Assembly (NCBI RefSeq): GCF_013315695.1 | Contig: NZ_CP054353.1 | Source of the DNA: Escherichia coli | Lineage (GTDB): Bacteria > Pseudomonadota > Gammaproteobacteria > Enterobacterales > Enterobacteriaceae | Length of the DNA: 64,000 nt | Strand: one strand, 5' to 3' | In this document: piece after piece, positions 1-11,989 of the stretch | Position numbering within the stretch: the first letter of the stretch is position 1 | How the letters are laid out: each line of letters begins with the position of its first letter | The notes under the pieces: model-generated | What the model saw: only the letters and a program-made list of their open reading frames with translations | Told to the model about the DNA's origin: nothing | The model's database searches: none | Position numbers and translations under genes: made by a program

Positions 1-20
1 GTTAGCCACCGGAGAGGAAA

Positions 21-794
21 TTATTTCAGCGATCCCTTAAGGAACTGTTGCAGACGAGGGCTTTGCGGGTTACCGAATAACTGTTCTGGCGCGCCTTCTT
101 CCTCTATTTTCCCCTGATGGAGAAAAATGACGTGAGTAGAAACATGGCGAGCAAAGCCCATTTCGTGAGTCACCACCACCATGGTTTTTCCCTCTTCTGC
201 CAGTTGCTGCATAATACGCAGCACTTCGCCTACCAGTTCAGGATCGAGCGCCGAGGTAGGTTCATCAAACAGTAAAACTTCCGGTTCCATCGCCAGCGCC
301 CTTGCGATGGAAACACGCTGTTGCTGACCGCCGGAAAGATGCACCGGATATTTCCCCTGCGCACGTTCGTCTATCCCGACTTTCGCCAGATACTTCACCG
401 CCCGCTCGCGCGCTTCCTGCTTGCTCAGGCCCAACACCTGAATCGGCGCTTCCATGACGTTTTCCAGCACCGTCATATGGCTCCAGAGATTGAAGTGCTG
501 GAATACCATCGTCAGGCGTGTGCGCAGTAAGCGCAGCTGATTTTTATCGGCGACTTTGAGTTGGCCGTCTTTGTCGCGCACCAGATTGATCGTCTGGCCA
601 TTGACCACGATCGATCCTTCGCTCGGTTTTTCGAGGAAGTTAATGCAGCGCAGAAAGGTACTTTTCCCCGATCCCGACGATCCGATGATGCTAATTACAT
701 CTCCGGCATTCGCTTGCAGTGAAACCCCTTTCAGCACTTCGTGTTCGCCGTAGCGTTTGTGCAAATCGATAACGTTTAATTTATTCTCGGACAT
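21..794 (-). CDS. hisP: histidine/lysine-arginine-ornithine ABC transporter ATP-binding subunit
   Basis: 257-aa ORF with P-loop GSSGSGKST and ABC signature LSGGQQQR; matches remembered HisP length and position at the end of hisJQMP. Confidence 0.95.
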   Translation of the reverse strand: MSENKLNVIDLHKRYGEHEVLKGVSLQANAGDVISIIGSSGSGKSTFLRCINFLEKPSEGSIVVNGQTINLVRDKDGQLKVADKNQLRLLRTRLTMVFQHFNLWSHMTVLENVMEAPIQVLGLSKQEARERAVKYLAKVGIDERAQGKYPVHLSGGQQQRVSIARALAMEPEVLLFDEPTSALDPELVGEVLRIMQQLAEEGKTMVVVTHEMGFARHVSTHVIFLHQGKIEEEGAPEQLFGNPQSPRLQQFLKGSLK

Positions 795-801
795 CGTGTT
801 C

Positions 802-1518
802 TCAGTGCGTTGAAGAAGGTTTCACATGCTGCAACCAGCGTTTTTCCGCTCTGCGAAAGAGGCTGATCAGGACATAAGAGATGATTAAATAGAGCACCGC
901 GGCAATGCCGAAGGCGGTAAAAGGTTGATACGTGGCGGCGTTAATATCGCGGGCTATTTTCAGCAGATCCGGCACCGTGGCAGTAAATGCCAGCGCAGTA
1001 GAGTGCAGCATCAGGATCACTTCGTTGCTGTATGCCGGTAACGCAATACGCAGCGCAGAAGGCAAAATAATGCAGCGATACATTTTAAAGGTCGAGAAGC
1101 CATAGGCTCTGGCGGCTTCGATTTCCCCATGCGGCACTGAACGGATCGCTCCGGCAAAAATCTCGGTGGTGTAAGCACAGGTGTTAAGCGTCAGCGCCAG
1201 CACGGTACAGTTCAGGCCACTGCGAAAAAAGGCGTTAAGGAACTCGGTCCCCTTAACAATCTCCAGCGTATACATGCCGGAATAGAACACCAGCAACTGA
1301 ACATACAGCGGCGTACCGCGAAAAATATAGGTAAATAACCAGATTGGAAACTGGATGTATTTATTACTTGAGACGCGACCAATCGCCAGAAACAGCGCCA
1401 GAACTCCGCCTATCACTACCGACAAAATAAGCAGCCACAGAGTGATCGCCACGCCAGTAAAGCGATAACCGTCGGTCCACAACAACGGTTTCCAGTATTC
1501 ATGTAAGATTTCGATCAC
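802..1518 (-). CDS. hisM: histidine ABC transporter permease
   Basis: 238-aa hydrophobic ORF between hisQ and hisP; operon context. Confidence 0.93.
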   Translation of the reverse strand: MIEILHEYWKPLLWTDGYRFTGVAITLWLLILSVVIGGVLALFLAIGRVSSNKYIQFPIWLFTYIFRGTPLYVQLLVFYSGMYTLEIVKGTEFLNAFFRSGLNCTVLALTLNTCAYTTEIFAGAIRSVPHGEIEAARAYGFSTFKMYRCIILPSALRIALPAYSNEVILMLHSTALAFTATVPDLLKIARDINAATYQPFTAFGIAAVLYLIISYVLISLFRRAEKRWLQHVKPSSTH

Positions 1519-2201
1519 AGGTCAGCCCTCTTCACACCCACGGAGTAGCGGCGCTCAAGGAACAGCAGCACACCATTGGAAACGGTGGTGAAAACCAGGT
1601 AAATCACGCCACAGACGATAGCGAAATAGAACGGTTCCCAGGTACTTTTGCCTGCCAGCTGCGTGGCTTTGACCACATCTTCCAGGCCGAGTAACGAAAC
1701 CAGTGCGGTAGATTTGAGGATCACCTGCCAGTTGTTGCCAATGCCTGGCAGGGCGTAACGCATCATCGCCGGAAACATGATCCGCCGAAACACTTGCCCA
1801 CGAGTAAAACCGAACGCCGTCGCCGCCTCTATATGTCCTTTCGGTACTGCCATAAAAGCACCACGGAACGTTTCGGTAAAATAAGCACCGTAGATAAAAC
1901 CGAGAGTAATAATACCAGCGACCATCGGATCAATATCAATCTGCCCGACGCCCATCGCCTCCGTCACCGTGTTTAGTGCAATCTGCAAACCGTAGAAAAT
2001 TAGCAGCATCAACACCAAGTCCGGCACGCCTCGAATCAGCGTGGTGTACCCTTCGAAAATCAGCCCCGAAAGCCGATTTTGCGAGAGCTTACCGCCAGCG
2101 CCAATTAAACCGATGATTACAGCGAGCACTACAGAGCTGATCGCCAGCTCCAGCGTGACGAGCGCACCCTGTAAAATAACACCTGAAAACCCATACAACA
2201 T
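1515..2201 (-). CDS. hisQ: histidine ABC transporter permease
   Basis: 228-aa membrane ORF overlapping hisM start by 4 bp; operon context. Confidence 0.93.
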   Translation of the reverse strand: MLYGFSGVILQGALVTLELAISSVVLAVIIGLIGAGGKLSQNRLSGLIFEGYTTLIRGVPDLVLMLLIFYGLQIALNTVTEAMGVGQIDIDPMVAGIITLGFIYGAYFTETFRGAFMAVPKGHIEAATAFGFTRGQVFRRIMFPAMMRYALPGIGNNWQVILKSTALVSLLGLEDVVKATQLAGKSTWEPFYFAIVCGVIYLVFTTVSNGVLLFLERRYSVGVKRADL

Positions 2202-2242
2202 GCTGCCTGTCCTGTCGTGTGTGGTGAATTACCGCCTCTTGT

Positions 2243-2266
2243 CTCCCTCCGGTTACCCGAAGGGAG
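2243..2266 (-). other. hisJ-hisQ intercistronic stem-loop (REP-like mRNA stabiliser)
   Basis: Inverted repeat CTCCCT ... AGGGAG in the 89-bp gap between hisJ stop and hisQ start; an element of this kind is described for the his transport operon. Confidence 0.35.
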
Positions 2267-2290
2267 CGGGCTTTCTTTCACCGATGGCGA

Positions 2291-3073
2291 TTAACCACCA
2301 TAAACATCAAAATCGAAGTACTTTTTCGCTAATTTCTCGTAAGTACCGTCAGCGCGCATTTCGGCAAAGGCTTTGTTCAGTGCCTCGCGCAGTTCGTTAT
2401 CTTCTTTACGCAGGCCCATGCCTGTCCCTACGCCAAACAGTTTTTCATCTTTAACAGACGGGCCACCGAATTTGTAATCTTTGCCGACTGGCTGCTTGAG
2501 GAAACCTTCGTTGGCAGCGACCTCATCCTGGAACGCGGCATCAATACGTCCGGCAGTCAGGTCAGAATAAATGTTGTCCTGCCCCTGATACGAGACGATT
2601 TCAATGCCTTTTGGTGCCCAGTGTTCGTTACCGAACGTCTCCTGGGTGGTGCCCTGCAATACGCCTACCCGTTTGCCTTTCAGCGATTCGACTGTCGGCT
2701 GAATGTCGGAATTTTTCGCCACCACCAGACGAGAATCGGCAGCGTACAGTTTGTCGGTGAAGGCTATTTCTTGCTGACGTTTTTCCGTAATGGAAAGCGA
2801 TGACATGATGGCGTCAATCTTCTTCGCTTTTAAGGACGGGATTAACGCATCCAGTGGGTTTTCGACAAACGTACATTGCGTATTGATGCGTTTGCACAAC
2901 TCCTTCGCCAGATCGATATCGAAGCCAACCAGTTCACCTTGTGAATTTTTTGATTCAAATGGCGCATAGGTCGGATCGGTACCGATGCGGATGTTTTGCG
3001 GAATCGCAGCAAACGCCACAGTTGCGCTGGAGAAGGCCAGAACCAGAGAGAGCGATAGCACCAGTTTTTTCAT
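2291..3073 (-). CDS. hisJ: histidine-binding periplasmic protein
   Basis: 260-aa ORF with signal peptide, paralogous to the next ORF (argT); conserved block [15 protein letters not shown]. Confidence 0.95.
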   Translation of the reverse strand: MKKLVLSLSLVLAFSSATVAFAAIPQNIRIGTDPTYAPFESKNSQGELVGFDIDLAKELCKRINTQCTFVENPLDALIPSLKAKKIDAIMSSLSITEKRQQEIAFTDKLYAADSRLVVAKNSDIQPTVESLKGKRVGVLQGTTQETFGNEHWAPKGIEIVSYQGQDNIYSDLTAGRIDAAFQDEVAANEGFLKQPVGKDYKFGGPSVKDEKLFGVGTGMGLRKEDNELREALNKAFAEMRADGTYEKLAKKYFDFDVYGG

Positions 3074-3293
3074 AATGTCCTCAGCTGACAGTCTTTTTAT
3101 AGGGAATATTTACAGGTTTGTTACACTTATCGTGCCATAAAATTGACCATCAAGGCAAAATATCCCGCCCCGTTAGACGTATTATTTTTCATTAAAAATG
3201 CTTAAGTATGCATTTCAATGCACCACGATAGTGCAACAAACCTGGCGTGCACCATGATGATCATTCCATCAGGTACAGCTTCCCTGCGACGTA

Positions 3294-4076
3294 TCAGTCA
3301 CCGTAGACATTAAAGTCGAAATACTTTTTCGCCATCTTGTCGTAGGTGCCGTCCTGACGCAGCTCGTTAAGCGCCTTATTGAAGGCCGCCGTCAGTTCAG
3401 CATCATCTTTACGCAGCCCTACACCGGTGCCGTCACCGAAGTATTTTTTGTCTTTCACTGATGGGCCTGCAAAGGCGAAATCTTTACCGGCGGGTTGCTT
3501 AAGGAAACCTTCGCTGGCAGCAACTTCATCTTGTAACGCAGCATCCAGACGTCCTGCAGCCAGATCGGAATAGACTAAATCCTGGTTGGCATAGGCCACC
3601 ACATCCACGCCTTTGCTACGCCAGGTCTCGTTAGCGTATGCTTCCTGGGTTGATCCCTGCAGCACACCAACATGTTTACCTTTCAGTGAATCCAGCGTTG
3701 GCTGAATCGGTGAACCTTTGGCGGCAATCAAACGAGAATCTGCGGCGTACAGCTTGTCGGAGAAAGCAATCTCCTGCTGACGTTTATCGGTAATGGAGAG
3801 CGACGAAATAATGGCGTCGATTTTTTTCGCTTTCAGTGAGGGGATCAGCGCGTCAAAGTCGCTGGCAACCCAGGTACATTTCACCTGCATCCGTTTGCAC
3901 ATCTCGTTACCGAGATCGATATCAAAGCCAACAAAATCACCTTTAGCATCTTTCGACGAGAACGGCGCATAGGTGGTATCGGTTCCGATACGTACCGTCT
4001 CCGGTAGCGCCGCATAGCTGGAAGCCGCTGCGGAGAGACCGACTAACAAAGACAGAGCGAGAATCGACTTCTTCAT
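3294..4076 (-). CDS. argT: lysine/arginine/ornithine-binding periplasmic protein
   Basis: 260-aa ORF, clear paralog of hisJ with signal peptide; position upstream of hisJQMP. Confidence 0.95.
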   Translation of the reverse strand: MKKSILALSLLVGLSAAASSYAALPETVRIGTDTTYAPFSSKDAKGDFVGFDIDLGNEMCKRMQVKCTWVASDFDALIPSLKAKKIDAIISSLSITDKRQQEIAFSDKLYAADSRLIAAKGSPIQPTLDSLKGKHVGVLQGSTQEAYANETWRSKGVDVVAYANQDLVYSDLAAGRLDAALQDEVAASEGFLKQPAGKDFAFAGPSVKDKKYFGDGTGVGLRKDDAELTAAFNKALNELRQDGTYDKMAKKYFDFNVYGD

Positions 4077-4310
4077 ACATAACCCTCAAGTGAAAATGGC
4101 TTTTTTATGTTGTGTATTGTGTTGTGTGTTTGCAGGCTCTTTCATGCAGGTCTTATGCCATCTTGACGACAACAGTAACATTCAACGTTAAATATGTTAA
4201 TAAGACGTTGCATTATTGTCCTGAAGTTGAAGATAGCAGGTATGGCGGTTGAATCGCAGCGTTTCGATTGAATGGCAGAAACAAAATGTCGAGGATTTGA
4301 TCGCGGTTGC

Positions 4311-4333
4311 AAAATTGCCCTGAAACAGGGCAA
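4311..4333 (-). terminator. rho-independent terminator after ubiX
   Basis: Perfect 8-bp inverted repeat TTGCCCTG-AAA-CAGGGCAA starting 8 bp past the ubiX stop, followed on the minus strand by TTTT. Confidence 0.6.
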
Positions 4334-4341
4334 CAGCGGAG

Positions 4342-4911
4342 TTATGCGCCCTGCCAGCGGGCAAAGAGATCTTCAGGAAGGGTTATTGCAAACTGGTCAA
4401 GAACACGATTAACCGTCTGATTTATCACATCATCAAGGGATTGCGGGCGATGATAAAACGCCGGAACGGGAGGCATAATCACCGCACCGATTTCTGCTGC
4501 CTGAGTCATTAAACGCAGATGGCCTAAGTGCAGTGGCGTTTCACGCACGCAGAGCACCAACGGGCGACGCTCTTTCAGCACAACATCTGCCGCACGGGTC
4601 AGTAAGCCATCAGTATAGCTATGGACAATGCCGGACAGGGTTTTGATTGAACAGGGTAAAATCGCCATCCCCAGTGTCTGGAAAGAACCGGAAGAAATGC
4701 TGGCAGCAATATCGCGCGCATCGTGCGTAACATCGGCTAATGCCTGCACTTCGCGCAGGGAAAAATCCGTTTCGAGGGATAAGGTCTGGCGCGCTGCCTG
4801 GCTCATCACCAGATGCGTTTCGATATCTGTGACATCGCGCAGAACCTGTAATAAGCGCACGCCATAAATCGCGCCGCTGGCACCGCTGATGCCTACAATG
4901 AGTCGTTTCAT
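4342..4911 (-). CDS. ubiX: flavin prenyltransferase (3-octaprenyl-4-hydroxybenzoate decarboxylase partner)
   Basis: 189-aa flavoprotein-type ORF beginning MKRLIVGISGASGAIYG; downstream of purF in the cvpA-purF-ubiX arrangement. Confidence 0.93.
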   Translation of the reverse strand: MKRLIVGISGASGAIYGVRLLQVLRDVTDIETHLVMSQAARQTLSLETDFSLREVQALADVTHDARDIAASISSGSFQTLGMAILPCSIKTLSGIVHSYTDGLLTRAADVVLKERRPLVLCVRETPLHLGHLRLMTQAAEIGAVIMPPVPAFYHRPQSLDDVINQTVNRVLDQFAITLPEDLFARWQGA

Positions 4912-5005
4912 AAATAGTTGCCCTGTCAGACTTGCAGGCAGACTTTGCAGGATTTCGGCGGGAGTTGCAAGTCAGGGTGCCAGAACGGCACCCTGAGCGA
5001 AGGCA

Positions 5006-6523
5006 TCATCCTTCGTTATGCATTTCGAGATTTTCCACTTCGTTCTGACGTTGCACTGATTTGGCGTCGTCATTACGTAACGTATCGAGGAAATCGAGGT
5101 AGCCCTGATCAACATCTTTGGTGACGTAGACGCCGTTGAACACCGAGCATTCAAACTGCTGGATATCCGGGTTTTCAGCGCGAACGGCTTCGATCAGATC
5201 GTTCAGATCCTGGAAAATCAACCCGTCAGCACCGATGATCTGGCGAATTTCATCTACTTCGCGACCGTGAGCGATCAGTTCCGTGGCGCTCGGCATATCA
5301 ATACCATAAACGTTCGGGAAGCGAATTTCCGGGGCCGCAGAAGCGAGGTACACTTTCTTCGCTCCGGCTTCGCGTGCCATCTCGATAATCTGCTCAGAAG
5401 TGGTGCCACGGACGATGGAGTCGTCGACCAGCAGGACGTTTTTATCGCGGAACTCGGCGCGGTTGGCGTTCAGTTTACGGCGCACGGACTTACGACGCAG
5501 CTGCTGGCCCGGCATGATGAAGGTGCGGCCAACATAGCGGTTTTTAACGAAGCCCTGGCGGTACGGCTTGCCCAGAATACGCGCAATTTCCAGCGCGATA
5601 TCACACGAGGTTTCCGGGATCGGGATCACCACGTCGATATCCAGATCTTCCCATTCGCGGGCAATTTTCTCGCCCAGTTTCGTGCCCATATTCACACGCG
5701 CGCTATAAACGGAAATTTTGTCGATGAACGAGTCCGGGCGGGCAAAGTATACATACTCAAACAGGCACGGATTGCTGACCGGATTGTCAGCACATTGACG
5801 GGTAAACAACTGCCCTTCTTCAGTGATGTAAATCGCTTCGCCAGGCGCGACGTCACGCAGGAAATCAAAGCCCAGCGTATCGAGCGCAACGCTTTCGGAA
5901 GCGACCATATATTCTGTGCGGTTCTCGTCAATATCACGTTTTCCCAGTACCAGCGGACGAATCCCGTTAGGATCGCGGAAAGCAACCATACCGTGGCCGA
6001 TAATCATCGCCACGCAGGCATACGCGCCGCGGATTAAGCGGTTTGTGGCAGCAATGGCAGCGAAAATATTGTCGGCTTCCAGCGGGTAGTGGCGGAAGTT
6101 GTCCAGCTCGCTGGCGAAGATATTAAGCAGAATCTCCGAGTCGGAAGTGGTGTTGATGTGGCGGCGTTTTTCTTCAAACAGTTTTTTACGCAACTCGTGA
6201 GCGTTGGTCAGATTGCCGTTGTGGGCAAGCGTAATGCCATACGGAGAGTTAACGTAAAACGGCTGCGCTTCAGAGGCGCTGGAGCTACCAGCCGTAGGGT
6301 AACGCACATGACCAATGCCCATATTGCCCTGCAAACGCTGCATATGGCGAGCTTCAAATACATCGCTCACCAGCCCGTTCGCTTTACGCAAACGGAAGCA
6401 GTTATTGGCATCAATGGTGATGATGCCGGCGGCATCCTGACCGCGATGCTGAAGCACCGTTAAGGCATCATAAATCGACTGGTTAACCGGCATAACACCG
6501 GCGATACCGACAATACCGCACAT
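5006..6523 (-). CDS. purF: amidophosphoribosyltransferase
   Basis: 505-aa ORF beginning MCGIVGI (N-terminal Cys glutamine amidotransferase); length matches PurF. Confidence 0.96.
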   Translation of the reverse strand: MCGIVGIAGVMPVNQSIYDALTVLQHRGQDAAGIITIDANNCFRLRKANGLVSDVFEARHMQRLQGNMGIGHVRYPTAGSSSASEAQPFYVNSPYGITLAHNGNLTNAHELRKKLFEEKRRHINTTSDSEILLNIFASELDNFRHYPLEADNIFAAIAATNRLIRGAYACVAMIIGHGMVAFRDPNGIRPLVLGKRDIDENRTEYMVASESVALDTLGFDFLRDVAPGEAIYITEEGQLFTRQCADNPVSNPCLFEYVYFARPDSFIDKISVYSARVNMGTKLGEKIAREWEDLDIDVVIPIPETSCDIALEIARILGKPYRQGFVKNRYVGRTFIMPGQQLRRKSVRRKLNANRAEFRDKNVLLVDDSIVRGTTSEQIIEMAREAGAKKVYLASAAPEIRFPNVYGIDMPSATELIAHGREVDEIRQIIGADGLIFQDLNDLIEAVRAENPDIQQFECSVFNGVYVTKDVDQGYLDFLDTLRNDDAKSVQRQNEVENLEMHNEG

Positions 6524-6559
6524 ACGTCTTTTTCCTCGTTAAGCCACATCTCAGAGCAC

Positions 6560-7048
6560 TTACGCTCTGGGCAAGAAACTTGACGAGCTTTGCAGATAAT
6601 CAAAAAACCATCTGATGATAAAACTGAACTGCGGGATCAGCTGTGATTTGCTCCAGTCTTCGCTTTTCGACACCCCGGTAAAGGAGTCGAGAAAGAAGAG
6701 AATGGCAGCAACAATCAACACACCGCGCAACGCACCGAAACAGACGCCCAACACCCTATCGGTGCCTGACAACCCCGTTTTCTCCACCAACTGGCCTATC
6801 ACGAAGTTCACGATAGCACCAACGATCAGGGTAGCGATAAACAGTACCGCGATGGCAATCCCATTTCGAACCAGTTCGTCTTCAAAGCCCGTAAACCAGA
6901 CTGACAGGTAAGTGTAGTAATGACTGGCAACAAAGAAAGCACAACCCCATGTCACCAGCGATAACGCTTCACGAACAAAGCCGCGGATCAGGCTAACCAG
7001 AGAGGAAAAAGCAATCACCGCGATTATGGCGTAATCAATCCAGACCAT
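6560..7048 (-). CDS. cvpA: colicin V production membrane protein
   Basis: 162-aa membrane ORF immediately upstream of purF; PurR box lies upstream. Confidence 0.92.
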   Translation of the reverse strand: MVWIDYAIIAVIAFSSLVSLIRGFVREALSLVTWGCAFFVASHYYTYLSVWFTGFEDELVRNGIAIAVLFIATLIVGAIVNFVIGQLVEKTGLSGTDRVLGVCFGALRGVLIVAAILFFLDSFTGVSKSEDWSKSQLIPQFSFIIRWFFDYLQSSSSFLPRA

Positions 7049-7104
7049 ATGTGTCCCACGATTTTACGCCCTGTCATCCTGTTCGGGGCGCATTCTAACA
7101 GAAA

Positions 7105-7120
7105 AAGAAAACGTTTGCGT
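7105..7120 (-). promoter_or_regulatory. PurR operator (PUR box) of the cvpA-purF-ubiX operon
   Basis: Minus-strand sequence ACGCAAACGTTTTCTT is a full match to the 16-bp PUR box consensus, about 60 bp upstream of the cvpA start. Confidence 0.8.
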
Positions 7121-7149
7121 AGGGATTTCCTTCCCACGCATCAATAAAA

Positions 7150-7190
7150 ATGGCGCTGAAAAAATATTCAACGCCATCGACTTTTTATGC
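7150..7190. terminator. hairpin with flanking T-runs downstream of dedD (bidirectional terminator-like)
   Basis: ATGGCG ... CGCCAT stem with TTTTT on the plus strand after it and TTTTTATTGA on the minus strand. Confidence 0.4.
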
Positions 7191-7212
7191 CTTTGCGGCA
7201 TCGGGCAATGCG

Positions 7213-7368
<156 letters not shown>

Positions 7369-7374
7369 ACCATA

Positions 7375-8037
7375 TTAATTCGGTGTATAACCCATTACCA
7401 CGCCGCTTAAGCCAGAAAGTTGCTTCAACTCACCCAGCGAACCTTTCAGCTTATCTTTCGAGGCATCCGGCCCAACCAGAATACGGGTAATTTTACCCTG
7501 CACTGGCGTGGATGGCGACGTATAAACCCGATAACCGGCACCGCGCAGCTTACCGACAATCTCATTCACTTTATCGGCATTTTTCAGCGCCCCCAGTTGT
7601 ACAACATAGGCTTTACCCGTTGGCGCTGCTTTTTCTTCCACGACCGGCTTCGGTTCTGGCTTCGGCGCAGGTGGTGCTTCAACCTTCGGTTTCGGCGGCT
7701 CCACCGGTTTCGGCTTCGGTGGGGCGACCGGTGCAGGTTCCGGTTCAAACTCGGTGTTATTGGCTGCAATAGTGGCCGGATCGAGCGACGGTGCTGCGGC
7801 ATCACCTGCCCGCACCTCTTCCGCTGCGCCTTCCGGCGGCTGCGTCGGCAACGCCTGAGTGGCGGCTGGCATCATATCAGGCTCATCGCGATCGCCCGCT
7901 TTCGGCACCAGCGGGATAGCCGCGAACTCATCCTGATAATGTTTTTTCTGCCCGTCCAGCAGCCCTGGAAGTACAATCACCCCCAGCGCCACCAGCACGA
8001 TCGTGCCCACTAACCGATTCTGAAACTTACTTGCCAC
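7375..8037 (-). CDS. dedD: cell division protein DedD (SPOR domain)
   Basis: Track ORF starts at a TTG; remembered DedD N-terminus MASKFQNRL corresponds to the GTG 6 codons in, giving 220 aa; proline/lysine-rich linker plus C-terminal SPOR-like region. Confidence 0.88.
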   Translation of the reverse strand: MASKFQNRLVGTIVLVALGVIVLPGLLDGQKKHYQDEFAAIPLVPKAGDRDEPDMMPAATQALPTQPPEGAAEEVRAGDAAAPSLDPATIAANNTEFEPEPAPVAPPKPKPVEPPKPKVEAPPAPKPEPKPVVEEKAAPTGKAYVVQLGALKNADKVNEIVGKLRGAGYRVYTSPSTPVQGKITRILVGPDASKDKLKGSLGELKQLSGLSGVVMGYTPN

Positions 8038-9295
8038 CGCTTCTCCTCGCGTCAATCACTTCCATGACATGTGCGACCGTGTGGAACGAACCACACACCA
8101 GCACGGTATCTTCCGCTTTAGCGTCCGCCATTGCGGCATCCCATGCCTGCGCCACGCTATCAAATGATTTGCCGTTACCCAAATGCTCAAGCAGTTGTTC
8201 TGCCGTGGCACCGCGCGGCCCTTCCAGGGGCGCACAATACCAGTCATCAACCACGCTTTTCAACCAGGCCAGAGTTCCGGCAATATCTTTATCATGTAGC
8301 ATACCGATAACCGCCAGCACGCGCCCGTTTTTCGGTAGCGCTTTCATACGCCCGGTGAAATATTCCGCCGCATGTGGATTATGCGCGACATCAAAAATAA
8401 CGCGTGGCGACTCGCTCACAATCTGGAAACGTCCCGGCAAAATTGCGCTGGCAATCCCGTCGCGAATGGCATTTTCACTGACCTCCAGCCCGCTGGCACG
8501 CAGTGCCGCCAGCGCCGTTGCGGCATTCGGTTGCGGGACAAGCGGCAACGGCAGATTTTCCAGCGTGCCGTGAGCATCGCTAAACGTCCAGTCATGATCG
8601 GTGACGGAATAGTTCCACTCAACGCCCCGACGTTGTAGCAGTGCACCTTTTTCCTGCGCCACATCAGCAATGGTAGAAGGCATTTCCGGCTCACCGACAA
8701 TTGCCGGTTTTTCGCTGCGAAAAATACCTGCTTTCTCGCGACCAATACTTTCGCGATCTGGCCCCAGCCAGTCGGTATGATCCAGCGCAATACTGGTTAC
8801 TACCGCGACATCGGCATCGACAATATTGGTTGCGTCCAGACGACCGCCCAGCCCTACTTCCAGAATCACTACGTCAAGTTGTGCCTGCTTGAACAGCCAC
8901 AACGCCGACAGCGTACCGTACTCGAAATAGGTCAGGGAAATATCACCGCGTGCCGATTCAATCTCCGCAAAAGAAGCGGTGTGGGCCGATTCCGGCAATT
9001 CCTGGCCCTGCACGCGTACGCGCTCGGTATAACGCACCAGATGCGGCGAACTGTAGACGCCCACTTTGTACCCTGCCGCCATCAGAATCGACTCCAGCGT
9101 ACGGCAGGTGGTGCCTTTGCCATTCGTACCCGCAACGGTAAACACAAATGGCGCTGGTTTCAGAACGCCAAGACGCGCCGCGACCTGGCTCACGCGCTCA
9201 AGGCCGAGATCGATAGTTTTACTGTGCAGGTTTTCCAGATAAGAAAGCCACGAAGCCAGAGGCGACGCGGCTTGAGGAGTGCGTTTGATAATCAT
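8027..9295 (-). CDS. folC: bifunctional folylpolyglutamate synthase / dihydrofolate synthase
   Basis: 422-aa ORF with P-loop GTNGKGT typical of the Mur ligase/FolC family; position between accD and dedD. Confidence 0.95.
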   Translation of the reverse strand: MIIKRTPQAASPLASWLSYLENLHSKTIDLGLERVSQVAARLGVLKPAPFVFTVAGTNGKGTTCRTLESILMAAGYKVGVYSSPHLVRYTERVRVQGQELPESAHTASFAEIESARGDISLTYFEYGTLSALWLFKQAQLDVVILEVGLGGRLDATNIVDADVAVVTSIALDHTDWLGPDRESIGREKAGIFRSEKPAIVGEPEMPSTIADVAQEKGALLQRRGVEWNYSVTDHDWTFSDAHGTLENLPLPLVPQPNAATALAALRASGLEVSENAIRDGIASAILPGRFQIVSESPRVIFDVAHNPHAAEYFTGRMKALPKNGRVLAVIGMLHDKDIAGTLAWLKSVVDDWYCAPLEGPRGATAEQLLEHLGNGKSFDSVAQAWDAAMADAKAEDTVLVCGSFHTVAHVMEVIDARRSGGK

Positions 9296-9364
9296 GGTAT
9301 CCGCTGATTCGTTACGGTGAGAATAGCAAAAGGGCAGAGCCAGTGGCCCTGCCCTTATCAGTTA

Positions 9365-10279
9365 TCAGGCCTCAGGTTCCTGATCTGGTACCGGTGGCAC
9401 CACTACGCCTTCACGCGGCGCTTCAGGATTCGGCGCTGGCAGATTCATCAACTTCGCCAGAATACTCGCCAGTTTCAGGCGCATTTCCGGACGACGGACG
9501 ATCATGTCGATCGCGCCTTTCTCGATCAGGAATTCACTGCGCTGGAATCCTGGCGGCAGTTTTTCGCGAACGGTCTGTTCGATAACACGCGGACCGGCAA
9601 AGCCGATTAACGCTTTCGGTTCAGCGATGTTGAGATCGCCCAGCATGGCGAAACTTGCAGAAACACCACCCATGGTCGGGTCGGTCAGCACGGAGATGTA
9701 CGGCAAGCCGCGCTCCTGCATTTTTGCCAGCGCCGCAGAGGTTTTCGCCATCTGCATCAGCGACATCAGTGCTTCCTGCATACGTGCGCCACCAGAGGCG
9801 GAGAAGCAGATCAGTGGGCAGTTATCTTCCAGCGCCTGCTCAACGGCACGCACGAAACGTGCACCCACAACAGACCCCATTGAACCGCCCATAAAGGCGA
9901 ACTCGAATGCCGCAGCGACAACCGGCATTCCATACAGGGTGCCTTTCATCACCACCAGCGCATCTTTTTCGCCGGTTTCTTTCTGCGCAGATGCCAGACG
10001 GTCTTTATACTTCTTGGAGTCACGAAACTTCAGCACATCTTTCGGCTCAAGCTCGCTACCCAGCTCCACAAGGCTTCCTTCATCTAACAGGCTATGCAGG
10101 CGATTACGCGCTGTCATACGCATGTGATGGTCACACTTCGGACAGACCTCAAGATTACGTTCCAGCTCAGCGCGGTATAAAACCTGACCGCAGCTATCAC
10201 ACTTAGTCCACACCCCTTCAGGAATGCTCGCCTTGCGGGTGGGAGTAATGTTGCTTTTAATTCGTTCAATCCAGCTCAT
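9365..10279 (-). CDS. accD: acetyl-CoA carboxylase carboxyltransferase beta subunit
   Basis: Zinc-finger CDSCGQ...CPKCDHH near N-terminus; start placed at the internal ATG giving MSWIERIK (304 aa) rather than the extended track ORF. Confidence 0.93.
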
Positions 10280-10434
10280 TAGGGACCTTTCTGTCTGAAC
10301 CTGGTTCGATGCCAGTTTTATCTTTGGGGACGCATAATGCCATTTTTGCCCCCAACAGACCATGAATGTTGCACATTAAAACATAACAGCCCGAAACTTT
10401 GGATAAAAAAGTGGTCGAACCGCGGAGTTACTTT

Positions 10435-11094
10435 TTATTTTGCGGCGCGTGCCGCAGCGCGTTTGTGGCGAATAAATTCGAAAACACCTGGCAATATTGA
10501 AACAAAAATAATGCCAACAATCATCAGTTTAAGGTTGCTCTGAATGAAGGGGAGCGTTCCGAAGAAATAACCCGCGTAGGTAAAAATCAGTACCCATAGC
10601 AACGCGCCGATGACGTTAAAAGCGGCGAAATGACGATACGACATGTGGCCCATTCCCGCAACGAACGGCGCGAACGTTCTGACGATCGGCACAAAACGGG
10701 CGAGAATAATCGTTTTGCCGCCATGTTTCTCATAAAACTGATGGGTCTTATCAAGATAACTGCGACGAAAGATTTTCGAATCCGGATTACTGAACAGTTT
10801 GTCACCAAATAACCGTCCAATGGTGTAGTTCACCGCGTCACCCACAATCGCGGCGATCAGCATCAGCACCACCATCATATGGACGTTGAGATCGTTGGTT
10901 TCCAGTGATGCCAACGCTCCGGCAACAAACAGCAATGAATCACCCGGTAAAAACGGCGTTACCACCAGACCGGTTTCACAGAACAAAATTAAGAACAAAA
11001 TGGCATAAACCCAGACGCCGTACTCCGCGACCAGCTCTGCCAGATGCACGTCAATGTGCAGGATAAAATCGATGAGGAAATAAATCAGGTCCAT
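10435..11094 (-). CDS. dedA: DedA-family inner membrane protein
   Basis: 219-aa polytopic membrane ORF; position between accD and truA. Confidence 0.9.
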   Translation of the reverse strand: MDLIYFLIDFILHIDVHLAELVAEYGVWVYAILFLILFCETGLVVTPFLPGDSLLFVAGALASLETNDLNVHMMVVLMLIAAIVGDAVNYTIGRLFGDKLFSNPDSKIFRRSYLDKTHQFYEKHGGKTIILARFVPIVRTFAPFVAGMGHMSYRHFAAFNVIGALLWVLIFTYAGYFFGTLPFIQSNLKLMIVGIIFVSILPGVFEFIRHKRAAARAAK

Positions 11095-11176
11095 ATTTGC
11101 CTATGCCTTGTACTCGTCATCTATCAGGCTGTAACTACGTTGGCTACAGCCTGAAATGTTCCGAGCATTATTCTCG

Positions 11177-11989
11177 TTAGTCCGCCAGAAATAGCGGGCC
11201 CATTGGCGGTTTTGGAAGATCATATCGGTCAGGGTAATCCACCGCGACCAGATATAGCCCTTCCGCTTTTGCCGTTGCTGCCGCCAGCGTTCTGTCCTTT
11301 GCCGCCAGCAACTCTGCTATCCAGCTCTCCGGCTGGTTGTGGGCACCGACTTCCATCAGGCTGCCGACAATATTCCTGACCATATGATGTACAAAGGCAT
11401 TCGCTTTGATATCTACCACCACATAAGGACCGTGACGCGTGACATTAATATGCATAACGTTGCGCCACGGGGTCCGGGACTGACACTGCACCGCACGGAA
11501 CGAGGTGAAATCATTCTCGCCCAGCAAACATTGCGCAGCCCGATGCATCCGTTCAGCGTCCAGCGGTTCGTAAAAATGGGTTACCCCTTTACTCAATACC
11601 GCCGGGCGCAGCCGATGATTGTAGATGATGTAGCGATAACGGCGAGCCGTGGCGCTAAATCGGGCATGAAAATCATCAGGTACAGCTTTAACCCAACGCA
11701 CGGCGATGTCACCAGGTAAATTCGCATTTACGCCCAACGTCCACGCAGCGTCTTTGCGCTGCGCGGTCGTTTCGAAATGCACAACCTGCCCGGTGCCGTG
11801 TACACCTGCGTCAGTACGCCCGGCGCAGAAGACGGTGATCGGTTCGTTCGCCACCTGGGAGAGCGCCTTTTCCAGCTTCTCCTGCACACTGCGGACTTCG
11901 TTCTGCCGTTGCCAGCCGTAATACTTACTGCCGTCGTACTCAATGCCCAGCGCAATTTTATAAACTGGCGGTTGTTGCTGGTCGGACAT
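11177..11989 (-). CDS. truA: tRNA pseudouridine(38-40) synthase
   Basis: 270-aa ORF; position and length match TruA. Confidence 0.93.
   Translation of the reverse strand: MSDQQQPPVYKIALGIEYDGSKYYGWQRQNEVRSVQEKLEKALSQVANEPITVFCAGRTDAGVHGTGQVVHFETTAQRKDAAWTLGVNANLPGDIAVRWVKAVPDDFHARFSATARRYRYIIYNHRLRPAVLSKGVTHFYEPLDAERMHRAAQCLLGENDFTSFRAVQCQSRTPWRNVMHINVTRHGPYVVVDIKANAFVHHMVRNIVGSLMEVGAHNQPESWIAELLAAKDRTLAAATAKAEGLYLVAVDYPDRYDLPKPPMGPLFLAD

Noticed and set aside
4142..4333. 63-aa minus-strand ORF in the ubiX-argT intergenic region
   Set aside because: Overlaps the ubiX terminator hairpin and the argT promoter region; no Shine-Dalgarno; likely non-coding.
5267..6037. 256-aa plus-strand ORF
   Set aside because: Lies entirely antisense inside purF, whose identity is unambiguous; arginine-rich product typical of a shadow ORF.
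7420..8013. 197-aa plus-strand ORF and other arginine-rich ORFs overlapping dedD
   Set aside because: Reverse frames of the proline/lysine-rich DedD linker give open arginine-rich frames; low-complexity artefact.
8777..10127. 176-aa and 207-aa plus-strand ORFs
   Set aside because: Antisense to folC and accD respectively; both sense genes are well supported.
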